The notes below the pieces were generated by a model. It saw only the letters and a list, made by a program, of their open reading frames with translations, did not search any database and was not told the DNA's origin. The position numbers were made by a program, and so were the translations under genes. From Octopus sinensis (taxonomy: Eukaryota), in the NCBI RefSeq assembly GCF_006345805.1, contig NC_043023.1:5890001-5954000 (forward strand): 64,000 nucleotides of DNA, read 5' to 3'. The first letter of the stretch is position 1. Each line of letters opens with the position of its first letter. Positions 1-11,280 of the stretch are shown here, piece after piece.

Positions 1-142
1 CCAATGAAGATTGAAGGCTTCGAATGTCCCGTCCGTGTTTTTTGTATCATCTTCTAAATGTTTTGCGTTCTTGTCCCAGTTTGTATTTTTTTACATATAC
101 ATAACTATATATATAGCGGCGTCCGTACCCCTTTTGATCTGT

Positions 143-176
<34 letters not shown>

Positions 177-482
177 ATATATATATATAAAGTTAATCCA
201 AACAAGAAAACACAGAAAAAAACACAGCAACGCGAGGATGTGGAACAAATATAGTATTATTGGACGCTCAGGAAAGAAGGGAAGAAGGAGGGTTTAACGT
301 TTCGAGCGGAGCTCTTTGTTGGAAACAAAGGAGAAGGAAAGATCCAGAGAAGGGAAGACAGAGGAAAAAAATTTTTTTGCTGGTGGTGCTCAAGAGATCA
401 CATATATATACATACATACATACACACATTTAAATACATACACATATATACATACACATATATATACATACACACACACACA

Positions 483-626
<144 letters not shown>

Positions 627-1236
627 CACATATATATACATACATACATACAAATTTGACATGTCTGATTCTTTCTTGTCTTGGGATTCACGGTCAAATG
701 GCTGGGTGGAATTGTGTGAAAAATTACACATATGTTGAATGATCTGGTGGTGTTGCTGGGCTTTGTATTTTTTCATAGTTCCCATGGTTACCGAGATAAT
801 CTACTATGATAATACTCTTGTGTTTATGAATGAAAAAGGGAGGGGTGATAGATGAATAAGGAAGGAAGGGGTGATGTCATACTTGGTAGTGGGATGATGA
901 AAATTGGATGCTGAAAAAAATAAATCAAACAGCATTTCAACTCTGTGTGAATATATGTGTGTTTATGTAAAAGAGGGGTATGTAAATATGTGTGTGAGTG
1001 CGTGCAATGGTAGTGGGATGGTTCATATTTACTTAGTATTTGGGTTTATTTTTTGATTTGGTTGAATCTTGCTTGTTTTTTGGTTCGTCAGTTATTTTTA
1101 GCAATTTGACAGAAAAATGTCATTCTAAAATTGTTTTTTAACATAAGCGCGCCCAAACAAGTCGAATGCTTACACAGAGTAGGTTTTACAGCCATATCAT
1201 CCAAACCGACCAGGTGAAACCAGGCTTAGCTCCTAG

Positions 1237-1282
<46 letters not shown>

Positions 1283-1484
1283 TGTATGTATGTATGTATA
1301 TATGTATGTATGCATGTATGTATGTATGTATGTATGCATGTATATATGTATGTATGCATGTATATATGTATATATACACACACACACACACATACAAGGT
1401 GTGGTGAATAGGTTGTTGTATAAATTATGCAAAAATGAAAATATCACTGACATCTCATTTTAACATATATTTCCTAAAATTACA

Positions 1485-1830
1485 TAAAAATATCTTGAAA
1501 TACTAATCTCCTGAAACTCTTCTGGGCGATCTCCTTGTTTATGGTGGTGAATGCTGCCATAATCCTTGCCTTCAGTTCATCTTTGGTGTTACAAGGAGTT
1601 TTGTTGGTCTCTCATTCAATTGCACCTTACACATAATAATTAAGGGGGTTGCAGTCTGGGATGGTAGGTTGCCAGATGTTAGGGATGATGTGGTCACAGA
1701 AATTGTCTGACAGCCATGACTGAATTCTCCTGCATGTGTAGCATGGTGCAGAATCCTGTTGCCAGACATAGGGTCTCCCAGCTGCAAAATTTCAGCTAGA
1801 TCAAATAACTGCAAGTGGGTCAGGGGCATT
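1485..1830 (-). mobile_element. IS630/Tc1/mariner transposase remnant (maT/DD37D-like C-terminus)
   Basis: Manual translation: VWQQDSAPC, IPDCNPLNYYV*G, NTKDELKARIMAAF, with stops. Confidence 0.75.
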
Positions 1831-2487
1831 ACTTATTGAACGTCCCTCGTATATATACACACACACATACACTGACCCTCTTTCAGTTTCCGTCTACCAG
1901 ATCCACTCAGAAGGCTTTGGTCAGTTTGAGGCTGTAGTAGAAAATGCTTACCCAAAGTGCCATACAGTTGGACTGATCCTGGAACCAGGGCTGGCTTTAG
2001 GAGGTACAGGGACCAATTGGGAACAATTTTGGTGGGCCCCAGATTCCCAGTCAACTTGCACCAATGTCTATAGACTAATAAAAATATAAAAATCCAGCCA
2101 TATATACTTTCACATACAAATATTTTACCCAAACATCCCCATAAATACTCCCAAACATTCATATTGACCCCTTACACTAAAAATACAATAAATTTCTTCA
2201 AATTCAGTGACTGATCCAATCAGTTTTGGATGAATGGTTTTCTCTTTTGATATCTGATGTCGCTAAAGTATAGAAAGTCTGTTTTCTTTGGGTTTTTTTA
2301 AGACCTTGTAGATTTGTTATCACTGATGGTTGATAGATAGAACTTCAAAGAAATTTTTGAAAACAATTAGAAATCAGAAAAATTAGTGTAGTGTTTGTTT
2401 ATTTTGAAATACTGTGGAATGAATGCTTCTGTTATGAAGGCTGTAGGATATTGAGATATTTTGACTAGTTTCAGCTGTTATTTTTTG

Positions 2488-2861
2488 GAAGCACTCCGTC
2501 GGTTACGACGATGAGGGTTCCGGTTGATCCGATCAACGGAACAGCCTGCTCATGAAATTAACATGTAAGTGGCTGAGCACTCCAGACACGTGTACCCTTA
2601 ACGCAGTTCTCGGGGATATTCAGCATGACTCAGAGAGTGACAAGGCCGGCCCTTTGAAATACAGGTACAACAGAAACAGGAAGTAAGAGTGAGAGAAATT
2701 TGTGGAGAAAGAGTACAGCAGGGATCACCACCATCCCTGCCGGAGCCTCGTGGAGCTTTAGGTGTTTTCGCTCAATAAACACTCACAACGCCCAGTCTGG
2801 GAATCGAAACTGCAATCCTACGACCGCGAGTCCGCTACCCTAACCACTGGGCCATTGCGCC
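2488..2861 (-). mobile_element. SINE family 3 (tRNA-Arg-like head); partial copies at 17580-17883 and 34190-34351
   Basis: Minus strand GGCGCAATGGCCCAGTGGTTAGG...GTTTCGATTCCC box A/B; three in-window copies. Confidence 0.8.
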
Positions 2862-3105
2862 TCTACTTCAGCTGTTATATAGTAGCCACTGCTAAAAGTA
2901 GATGTCAGATATCTACAATCCACTCTGAAATTTCTCTATATTCAACAAGAGGTATGTACGTGAGCAAATGAACAAGAAAATACAAAACATATTGGATAAT
3001 GACCTCTGACATTATCCACACGGTCGAGATAGGCTGGAAGATGAAATGTATATGCTAGAAATGTATGTGTACGTTGGTATCTGTGGCTGAATTTATCAGT
3101 GGGTA

Positions 3106-3508
3106 TACTCTTTTACTTGTTTCAGTCATTTGACTGCGACCATGCTGGAGCACCGCCTTTAGTCGAGCAAATCAACCCTGCGACTTATTCTTTGTAAGCC
3201 CAGTACTTATTTTATCGGTCTCTTTTGCTGAACCGCTAAGTGACGGGGACGTAAAGACACCAGCATCGGTTGTCAAGCGATGTTGGGGGACAAACACAGA
3301 CACACAAACATATACACACTCATATACATATATATACATATATATGACAGGCTTCTTTCAGTTTCCGTCTACCAAATCCACTCACAAGGCTTTGGTCGGC
3401 CCGAGGCTATAGCAGAAGACACTTGCCCAAGATGCCACGCAGTGGAACTGAATCCAGAACCATGTGGTTGGTTAGCAAGCTACTTACCACACAGCCACTC
3501 CTGCGCCT
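3106..3508 (-). mobile_element. SINE family 1 (tRNA head + CORE-like domain + internal TA/CA microsatellite + GTAAAAGA tail), representative of >25 copies, e.g. 6612-7057, 10695-11095, 15125-15530, 20757-21210, 25030-25443, 26526-26929, 37105-37472, 63085-63442, 63530-63927 (all minus)
   Basis: Head GGCGCAGGAGTGGCTGTGTGGT / GGTTCAGTCCC, CORE-like CACCTTGGGCAAGTGTCTT. Confidence 0.9.
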
Positions 3509-3540
3509 ATGTATATTTTTTGTCTATAAATTAATGGTGT

Positions 3541-3599
3541 ATATTACTGATGATCGCAAAGCAAATTTTTGCAGAGCGCGAAATCTCAAGATATAGAAT
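3541..3599 (+). ncRNA. Hammerhead-like motif, weakened
   Basis: ATATTA-CTGATGA-tCGC(gcaaa/tttgc)GCGc-GAAATC-tcaa-GATA^TAGAAT; 10.1/11.1 pair is a T-C mismatch and stem I is imperfect. Confidence 0.55.
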
Positions 3600-4309
3600 T
3601 ATCCAATATTTTTTGTGTTTTCATGCTCATTCCCTCGTGTTCGTACCTGTGGTTGAATACAAAGAACAAATTTTTGAGTGGATTGTAGGTATTTAACATC
3701 TACTTCTAGCATTGGCAATAGTCATTTCTAGTAGCCCCCTTAACTATAATTATATACATAAAAAAATTAATGTTGCCTATACAGTTATTTTTATGTGCAT
3801 GTTCTCAGCACAAGAAACTATTAGTAACACATAAAAACATATATTGTATCTATTAAATTATATATATATAGATTCTGGCACACATCTACATATGTATGTG
3901 TAAGTGTATATGTGCACACACGTCTCTTTCTCTCTCTTATGCACGCCTCTGTCTCTCTCTCATGCATGCCTCTGTCTCTCTCTCTCTCTCTCTCACACAC
4001 ACATGCCTCTGTCTCTCTCTCACACACACACATATACCAACACAATAGTAACACTTGTAGACAAATGCCATTACTGACACTAATATGTCACCATCTCTGC
4101 TATCATTGCTGGCACCACCACCACACTACACACACTCACAACCACCACCACACCACCTCTACAATCCTTATCTCTAAACCTGACTCGAACAACTGTTACT
4201 GATGGCCGGTGGGGGTTGGTCGTTTGCAGGGGACATCGATACGGAACATCAGTAACTGACAGACTTACAAAAGAGACAAGGTAAGGAACATACCCGACCT
4301 CTACTTTCT

Positions 4310-5065
4310 TCTGACCCTTGTTAACAACCCTTGCTGAAGAGTTTTATTGAGGACCTTTCCTACTGACCCTTTCTGAACACATTTCTTAAGAAACTTTATT
4401 AACAAATTTGCTGAAGACCTATAGAAAGGACCTTCATTAAGGGCACTTGTTAAGAATTTTGTTGAATAATATTGGTTAAAGACCTTTAAGGACACTCAAT
4501 AAAGAACTTTTCCTCTTATTTAGGGTTTATTTCAGGAAACCCTTTTTAAGGATCTGGCTGTGGATCTTTGAGTCAAAAGACCCTTAAGTTGCAGACCATT
4601 AAGGATCTGATTGTAGATCCTTATGAAGGATTTTGTTGAGAACCTTTGCTTCAAGATTCTTGTTGAAGTCCCTTATAAAATACATTTGTTAAGGACCCTT
4701 GTTTAGGATATTTAAGGACCCTTGTTAAAGACCTTTATTGAGGATCTTTGTTATTGAACCCTTTTCAACAACTCTTGTTGAGGATCCTTGCTAACCCTTA
4801 TTGAGTAATGTTATGTATAACCCTTAAGGACCATTATTAAGGAGACCCTTGGTAACTTATTGAAGACCCTAATTAGTTTGTAATGTTACAGTAGTAGTTG
4901 TTGTTTACTCCAGGTGAGCCCTAATCCAATACACAATTTTCTATTTCATTCCACCCACGACCATCCCTTCTTTCAAGGCATGTATTTAGATACATATCAA
5001 TGGTTTCCTCTCTAGTCTCAGTAATTAAGGAGACTTGTTGCTGACCCTTTTTAAAGACTCTTGTT
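4310..5065. repeat. Degenerate ~14-16-bp minisatellite built on AGGACCCTT
   Basis: Dozens of aaggaccctt/gatcttt variants over ~750 bp. Confidence 0.6.
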
Positions 5066-6035
5066 AAGGAACATCCCCACCCCTACAGCAAGCTCTATAA
5101 TCTGAATTTTAACTCAATTGCTACTTAACTTTTAAGGGTTGGTGCTACTGTTACTACTACTACCACTACTGTTACTACTACCACTACTGCTTTTGCTGCT
5201 AACGTCATTACTATGCCTGCTACTGCTGCTACACTACATCTATCTTTCCTATTGTTGATGCTACTACTACTACTGCTGCTACTACTACTACTTCTGGTGT
5301 TGCTACTACTACTACTGCTGCTTTTTGAGATCTTAGTTGTTTTAGGACACAGGTACACACATACATAGACGGAAACACACACAGGTGTGGCTGTGTGGTA
5401 AGAAGCTTACTTCTCAACCACGTGGTTCCAGGTTCAGTCCCACTGTATGGCACCTTGAGCAAATGTTTTTTTACTACAGCCTTGGGCAAACCAAAGCCTT
5501 GAGAGTGGATTTGGTAGATGGAAACTGAAAGAAGCCCTTCCTATATGTATATAGGTGCAGGTGTAGCTGTGTGATAAAAAGCTTACTTCACTGTCACATG
5601 GTTCCAGGTTCAGTCCCACTGTATGGCACCTTGGGCAAATGTCTTCTATTATAGCCTCAGCCGATCAAATCCTTGTGAATGGATTTGTAGATGGAAACTG
5701 AAAGAAGCCTCCCTGTGTGTGTGTGTGTATCCCACCACTGCTTGACAACCAGTATTGACATGTTTACATCCCTGTAACTTAGTAGTTCGGGAAAAGAGAC
5801 TGATAGAATTAGTACCAAGCTTCACAAAAAATAAGTATTGGGGTTCATTCAACTAAAAGTCTTGAAGGTGGTGCTCCAGCATGACCACAGTCTAGTAAAT
5901 GAAACAAGTAAAAGAATCATCATCATCATCATCGTTTAACATCCAGATGGTGAAGCACATTCATACACATAGATAAACACACATACACAGATCAAAAAGA
6001 CTTTCTGCTGTGACCATCTTATTAAACATGCCTGT

Positions 6036-6348
6036 ATATATTTTTATATATAAAATTGAAGTTGTGTGTGTGAGACTCTGTCTCCTCCGATTTAACTTTC
6101 TAACTACTCCCACATTTTGCGGTGCAGTTTAACCAAAAGCGGGTATCTTATAGTCGTCATTCATATCGAGCCCTTCTGGGTATTAGTGCGCGTCTATGAT
6201 GAGTCTACGATTTAAAAAAAAATTTACCATCATTTTTCCGCATTTTTAATGATTTTTGCTCGGGTTATATAAGGGAAGTAACTCTCTAAAATTGCTTATA
6301 TAGTTATTTCCCTTACAAACCCGAGCAACGCCGGGCGATATTGCTAGT
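6036..6348 (-). mobile_element. Helentron/Helitron-like non-autonomous element
   Basis: Reverse-complement copy of 21308-21713. Confidence 0.6.
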
Positions 6349-6369
6349 GTGTATATATGTGTGTGTGTG

Positions 6370-6610
6370 TGCAAAACAGCTTTCAAATGAAAGCAACCAA
6401 AGATGGAAAAAGAAAAGGAGGAAGACTGGAAAATACATGGTGCAGAGCATTCATGACCAACATGAATGTGGCAAATATCATATGGATGAAGATAAAACTG
6501 CAACCGCCAGAAACCAATGGCATCCTCTTGCTATTCAATGTGTCTGAGCACAGGGGATGCGAGCAGGGATTAGTTATGCTGACACTAATCCATGCTAGCA
6601 TGGAAAAATA
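6370..6610 (+). mobile_element. Degenerate RTE LINE 3' end
   Basis: GKRKGGRLENTW resembles the RTE C-terminal GKRxxGRPxxTW motif. Confidence 0.55.
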
Positions 6611-6819
6611 GATACTCTTTTACTCTTTTCAGTCATTTGACTGTGGCCATGCTGGAGCACCACCTTTAGTCGAGCACATTGACCCCGGGACTTATTCTTT
6701 GTAAGCCTATTACTTATTTTATCCGTCTCTTTTGTCAAACCGATAAGTGACGGGGACGTAAACACACCAGCATTGGTTGTCAAGCGATGATGGGGGGACA
6801 AACACAGACAGACAAACAC

Positions 6820-6882
<63 letters not shown>

Positions 6883-7499
6883 CATACATATACACGATGG
6901 GCTTCTTTCAGTTTCCGTCTACGAAATCTACTCACAAGGCTTTGGTTGGCCCAAGGCTATAGTAGAAGACACTTGCCCAAGGTGCCACATAGTGCGACTG
7001 AACCCAGAACCATGTAGTTCATAAGCAAGCTACTTACCACACAGCCACTCCTACACCTATGCATGCATAGGAATAGGATGTAAAGCAAATGCATATGTAC
7101 ATGCATTGTTGCTTGCATGGTGTATTGTAAAAAGCTTGCTTCCCAACCACATGGTTTTGCGTTCACTCCGACTGCATTGCACCTTGGGCAAGTGTCTTCT
7201 TCTGTAACCTGGGGCTGACCCAAGCCTTGAATGGATTTGGTAAGCAGAAACTGAAAGAAGCTCACCGTGCGTGTGTTTGTGTCTGTGTTTGTCCCCCCCC
7301 CACTGCTTGACAATAAGTGTTGGTGTGTTTAAGTTCCTGTGAGTTAATGGTTTGGCAAAAGAGACCAATAGAACAGGTACCAGCCTTTAAGAAAATGCAA
7401 GTACAGTGATTGAATCATTCAACTAAGAATTCTTCAAGGCAGTGCCCCAGCATGGCCGCAGACTAATGACTAAAATGAGTAAAAGATGAAAGCTACACA

Positions 7500-7531
<32 letters not shown>

Positions 7532-7579
7532 TACCCATACATATACATCCATACATAAATACATCCATACATACATACA

Positions 7580-7880
7580 TATTATGGCTGCCCCCTCGTT
7601 ATCAAGTATGGCCATTGCACGAAGCTTAACTGTTACTGGTGCTGTGATCGAATGTGACTTTTTAGCCCAGCTAAAGATCTACAATGTCTTGTACAAAATT
7701 GGCAACTAATACCTTTACTGGTAAAAAGCCGGCTGTAGTTGTAACTGGGCTTCACGTACCTTTGCATGTCGTTTGAGTCCTCCTGCCGAATTACACTCTC
7801 TTCCACATGCCTGACAGATATGATTAGTATGGTGTGTTACACCACCACCAGTGGCCAGATTGTCACTCATCTGTCACATA
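7580..7880 (-). mobile_element. RTE-group LINE 3' end with two C2H2-like fingers
   Basis: Manual translation gives ICQACGRECNSAGGLKRH and, in a shifted frame, ISCQFCTRHCRSLAGLKSHIRSQH*, followed by a short UTR. Confidence 0.65.
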
Positions 7881-8120
7881 CATGCATACATATATGCATG
7901 CACATATGTTAAAGGTACAGGCATGGCTGTGTGATTAAGAAATTTGCGTTGCTACCATGTGATTTTAGGTTAAGTCTCACTGTACAACACCTTAATCAAG
8001 TGTCTTCTGTAGCCCCAGGGTAATCAATGCTTTGGTGCTTTCTGAGTGAAGTTGGAAAATAGAAACTCTGGGAGTCCATCATATGTATGTGTTAAAGATT
8101 GTAGTAGCATGAAACTTAAG

Positions 8121-8158
<38 letters not shown>

Positions 8159-8180
8159 TCAAAATAAGCAACAAGAATGG

Positions 8181-8273
8181 TAATTTGGTACGATTGTTTC
8201 GCACTACATCATTTTATTAAATGTTGTAAGTATTACAACAGATTTAAGATGCTGAGTGCTCATCAGCCAATTA
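8181..8273 (-). ncRNA. Type I minimal hammerhead ribozyme with extended stem II
   Basis: Minus strand TAATTGG-CTGATGA-GCAC(..)GTGC-GAAAC-AATC-GTA^CCAAATTA; inner catc/gatg and tgttgtaa/ttacaaca pairs. Confidence 0.78.
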
Positions 8274-8650
8274 AATAGGTTTTCCATTGATATAAAAGCT
8301 TTCAAATCAAGTGGCAACATTATAGAGAAGGTAGATATACAGACAAAGATGTAGATTTAAATTTTAAGAACATTTGAGGTAGTGGAGTCCATCAACTGAC
8401 TGACCAAGATATGGCTGTATCTAACTGCTATAAGGTTAGAAGTAATAAAGATTTTTTAGTTGTAGGAATGGGGTAAAGGAGTTTCAGAATACTATAAAAG
8501 GAATTCAAGTTGAAGAGAGTAGTTGCCACTAACAAAATGCCAATTACTGCTATTTGGCGAGAGAAACTAGGTCAATGTCAAATGGTCATTAATCCCCTTT
8601 ACAGAGAGTAGGATTAGAATCTAAATTTTTGCTGAACTTATATATATATA

Positions 8651-8853
8651 TTATATTAAATTAGAGACAAAACCACTATTAGGCAAATCAAACAATGAAA
8701 GACTTAAGCCAATACATAAATTAATTTATATTATTTAAATATATTTTTTTAATAATTGTTACATTTCTAAATAATATAAATTAATTTATGTATTGGCTTA
8801 AGTCTTTCATTGTTTGATTTGCCTAATAGTGGTTTTGTCTCTAATTTAATATG
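8651..8853. repeat. AT-rich palindrome, ~85-bp arms (PLE-type tail family)
   Basis: ttagagacaaaaccactattaggcaaatcaaacaatgaaagacttaagccaatacat is mirrored exactly. Same family at 9882-10271 and 16760-16840. Confidence 0.9.
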
Positions 8854-8958
8854 ATATAATATTTTACTATAAAATTGGATTCAATCCTAAATCTGATTTT
8901 TCCCTGTAAGTTTGGATTTATTCCCTAATATTTATTATTATTATATATATATATATAT

Positions 8959-9566
8959 ACAGGATTTGCAAGATAATTCCATTTATTGCAAATAGAGTTA
9001 TGATTTTTTGTATGACTTTTGTCAATGTCATAATTTTTTCCTTTTGACATTTGATAGCCATTACTTTTAGCTTAGTTTAGAAGCAAATTGCACATAATTT
9101 TGTTTACAGCTGTTAGTTCAGTGTCAATTTAACATGGAGTGCAAAAACAAATATTTTCGCCATATTTTGCTTTTTCATTTCTGTAAAGGCAAGAAAGTTG
9201 CTGAGGCTCACAAAGGGATATGTGAAGTTTTGGGTGCTGATTGCTTAACAGAATGCACATGTCAGAAATGGTTTAAAAAATTCCATTCTGGAGATTTTTC
9301 ACTCAAAGATGACCAACATTCTGGTCTACCTACTGAAGTTGATGATGACCGAATCAAAGCCATAATTGAATCTGATTGTCATATAACCGTGCAAGAGATT
9401 GCCGAGGCCTTAAATGTGTCACACACAACAATTGAAAATCACTTAAAATGTCTTGGATTTATTAAGAAGCTTGATATTTTGGTTCCACATAAATTCAAAG
9501 AGATTCACTTAACACAACAAATCAATATTTGTGATATGCATCTCAAACGCAATGAAATCAACTGAA
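8959..9566 (+). mobile_element. Mariner transposon remnant (N-terminal HTH region of transposase, truncated)
   Basis: ORF 9134-9565: FRHILLFHF, QKWFKKFHSGDFSLKD, SGLPTEVDDD, KKLD.LVPH. No catalytic domain or right TIR seen. Confidence 0.9.
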
Positions 9567-9651
9567 ACAAGTAAACGAATATTTAATGAATTGGTCTGTA
9601 TGTCTGGGTTTAACAAATAAAGAGTACGCCATTTAACGAGAGTAAATATTC

Positions 9652-9790
9652 TTTTTCATGACCACCTCACATGTATGGCCCACGCTACTAAAAGTTTCAC
9701 ACAAAAGAGACTGAAATAATAACGTTCATGGGTTCCATGTGCGTAAAACTTTTAGTGGCATGGGCCATACATGAGAGGTGGTCATGAAAA
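9652..9790. repeat. Palindrome, ~50-bp imperfect arms
   Basis: ttttcatgaccacctcacatgtatggccca versus tgggccatacatgagaggtggtcatgaaaa. Confidence 0.85.
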
Positions 9791-9881
9791 ACTATATATA
9801 TAATAATAAATATTAGGGAATAAATCCAAATTTACAGGGAAAAGTCAGATTTAGGATTGAATCCAATTTTATAGTAAAATA

Positions 9882-10265
9882 TTATATTATATTAAATTAG
9901 AGACAAAACCACTATTATGCAAATCAAACAAAGAAAGACTTAAGCCAATACATAAAATAATTTATATAAATTTAGAAATTTAACAATTATAAATAACCAC
10001 TACGATCGTTTCATGTCTTATTTCAGCACATCTTTGAGACATTTCAAAACCTTCTTGGCGAGTTTTAAACTATCAGTTTAAAACTCGCCAAGGTTTTGAA
10101 ACCACCTGAAGAATGTCTCAAAGATGTGCTGAAATAAGACATGAAACGATCGTAGTGGTTATTTATAATTGTTAAATTTCTAAATTTATATAAATTATTT
10201 TATGTATTGGCTTAAGTCTTTCTTTGTTTGATTTGCATAATAGTGGTTTTGTCTCTAATTTAATA

Positions 10266-10271
<6 letters not shown>
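9882..10271. repeat. Palindrome, ~190-bp arms with a 3-nt loop at 10072-10074, containing the 10100 hammerhead
   Basis: Arms are near-perfect except a 12-nt segment (ACCACCTGAAGA) absent from the left arm and a 3-nt indel. Confidence 0.92.
10100..10160 (+). ncRNA. Type I minimal hammerhead ribozyme, canonical core
   Basis: AACCAC-CTGAAGA-ATGTCT(loop)AGACAT-GAAAC-GATC-GTA^GTGGTT: 6-bp stem I, 6-bp stem II, predicted cut after 10154. Confidence 0.85.
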
Positions 10272-10304
<33 letters not shown>

Positions 10305-10310
<6 letters not shown>

Positions 10311-10683
10311 CCAAAATCAAAATCAAAATCGATCAACATCAATGGAAATTGCAGCTGTGATACCAGTGCCGGTGGTACGTAAGAGAACCATCCGAACGTG
10401 GCTGTCGCCAGCACCACCCCAACTGGCCTCATGCCGGTGGCACGTAAAAAGTGCCATCTGATCGTGGCCATTTGCCAGCCTCATCTGGCACCTGTGCCAG
10501 TGGCATGTAAAAAGCACTCACTACACTCACGGAGTGGTTGGCGTTAGGAAGGGCATCCAGCCGTAGAAACATTGCCAGATCAGACTGGGCCTGGTGCAGC
10601 CTTCTGGCTTCCCAGATCCCAGTTGAACCGTCCAACCCATGCTAGCATGGAGAACGGACGCTAAACGATGATGATGATGATGA
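10305..10683 (+). mobile_element. RTE 3'-UTR-only copy (short truncated LINE or RTE-partnered SINE); others at 24058-24305, 27160-27350, 30390-30700, 35565-36130, 38088-38435, 44490-44890, 48065-48295, 49405-49640, 50486-50575, 54540-54990, 58596-58736
   Basis: Matches 61540-62008 of the RTE, including GTGCCGGTGGCAC repeats and the (ATG)n tail. Confidence 0.85.
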
Positions 10684-11280
10684 TATTGTTTTATGTTTTT
10701 ACTTGTTTCAGTCATTAGACTGCAGCCATACCAAGGCACCACCTTCAAGGATTTTTAGTCAAATGAATCAACTCCAGTACTTAGTTTTTTTTATTAAGAC
10801 TGTTATTTATTATATCAGTCTCTTTTGCCGAGTTGCTAAGTTACAGGGATGTAAACACACCAGCTCTGCTTGTCAAGCAGTGGTGGGAGGGACAAACACA
10901 AAGATATGCACACTCACACATACATATACATGACAAGCTTCTTTCAGTTTCCATCTACCGATCCATTCACAAGGATTTGGTCAGCCTGAGGCTATAGTAG
11001 AAGAGACTTGCTCAAGGTGTCACACAGTGAGACTGAACCTGGAACCATGTGGTTGGGAAGCAAGCATCTTACCACACAACCACACCTGCACCCATGTATG
11101 TTGATGCACATTTAAACAGGTGTATATGAGTGACTTGTCAGAAGCCTTACTAAGGAAAAGAAAATCCTATGGACACAGGGAGAGGGTTTCAAACCTCAAA
11201 ATCAGTTTGTGGGTGGCTACTCTATATTTTCACTGTTGGTGTTTGGGGCTATTATATCGCTTTTGTTAATGTTAGTGTTA

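Noticed and set aside
2800-2861. tRNA genes at SINE heads
   Set aside because: Box A/B are present but continue into SINE bodies without a complete cloverleaf.
2900-2957. Strong donor GAG|GTATGT suggesting a plus-strand exon
   Set aside because: No convincing acceptor or recognisable peptide in any frame.
4195-4262. C/D snoRNA or miRNA hairpin
   Set aside because: Box C has two mismatches and only 10 bp pair; insufficient support.
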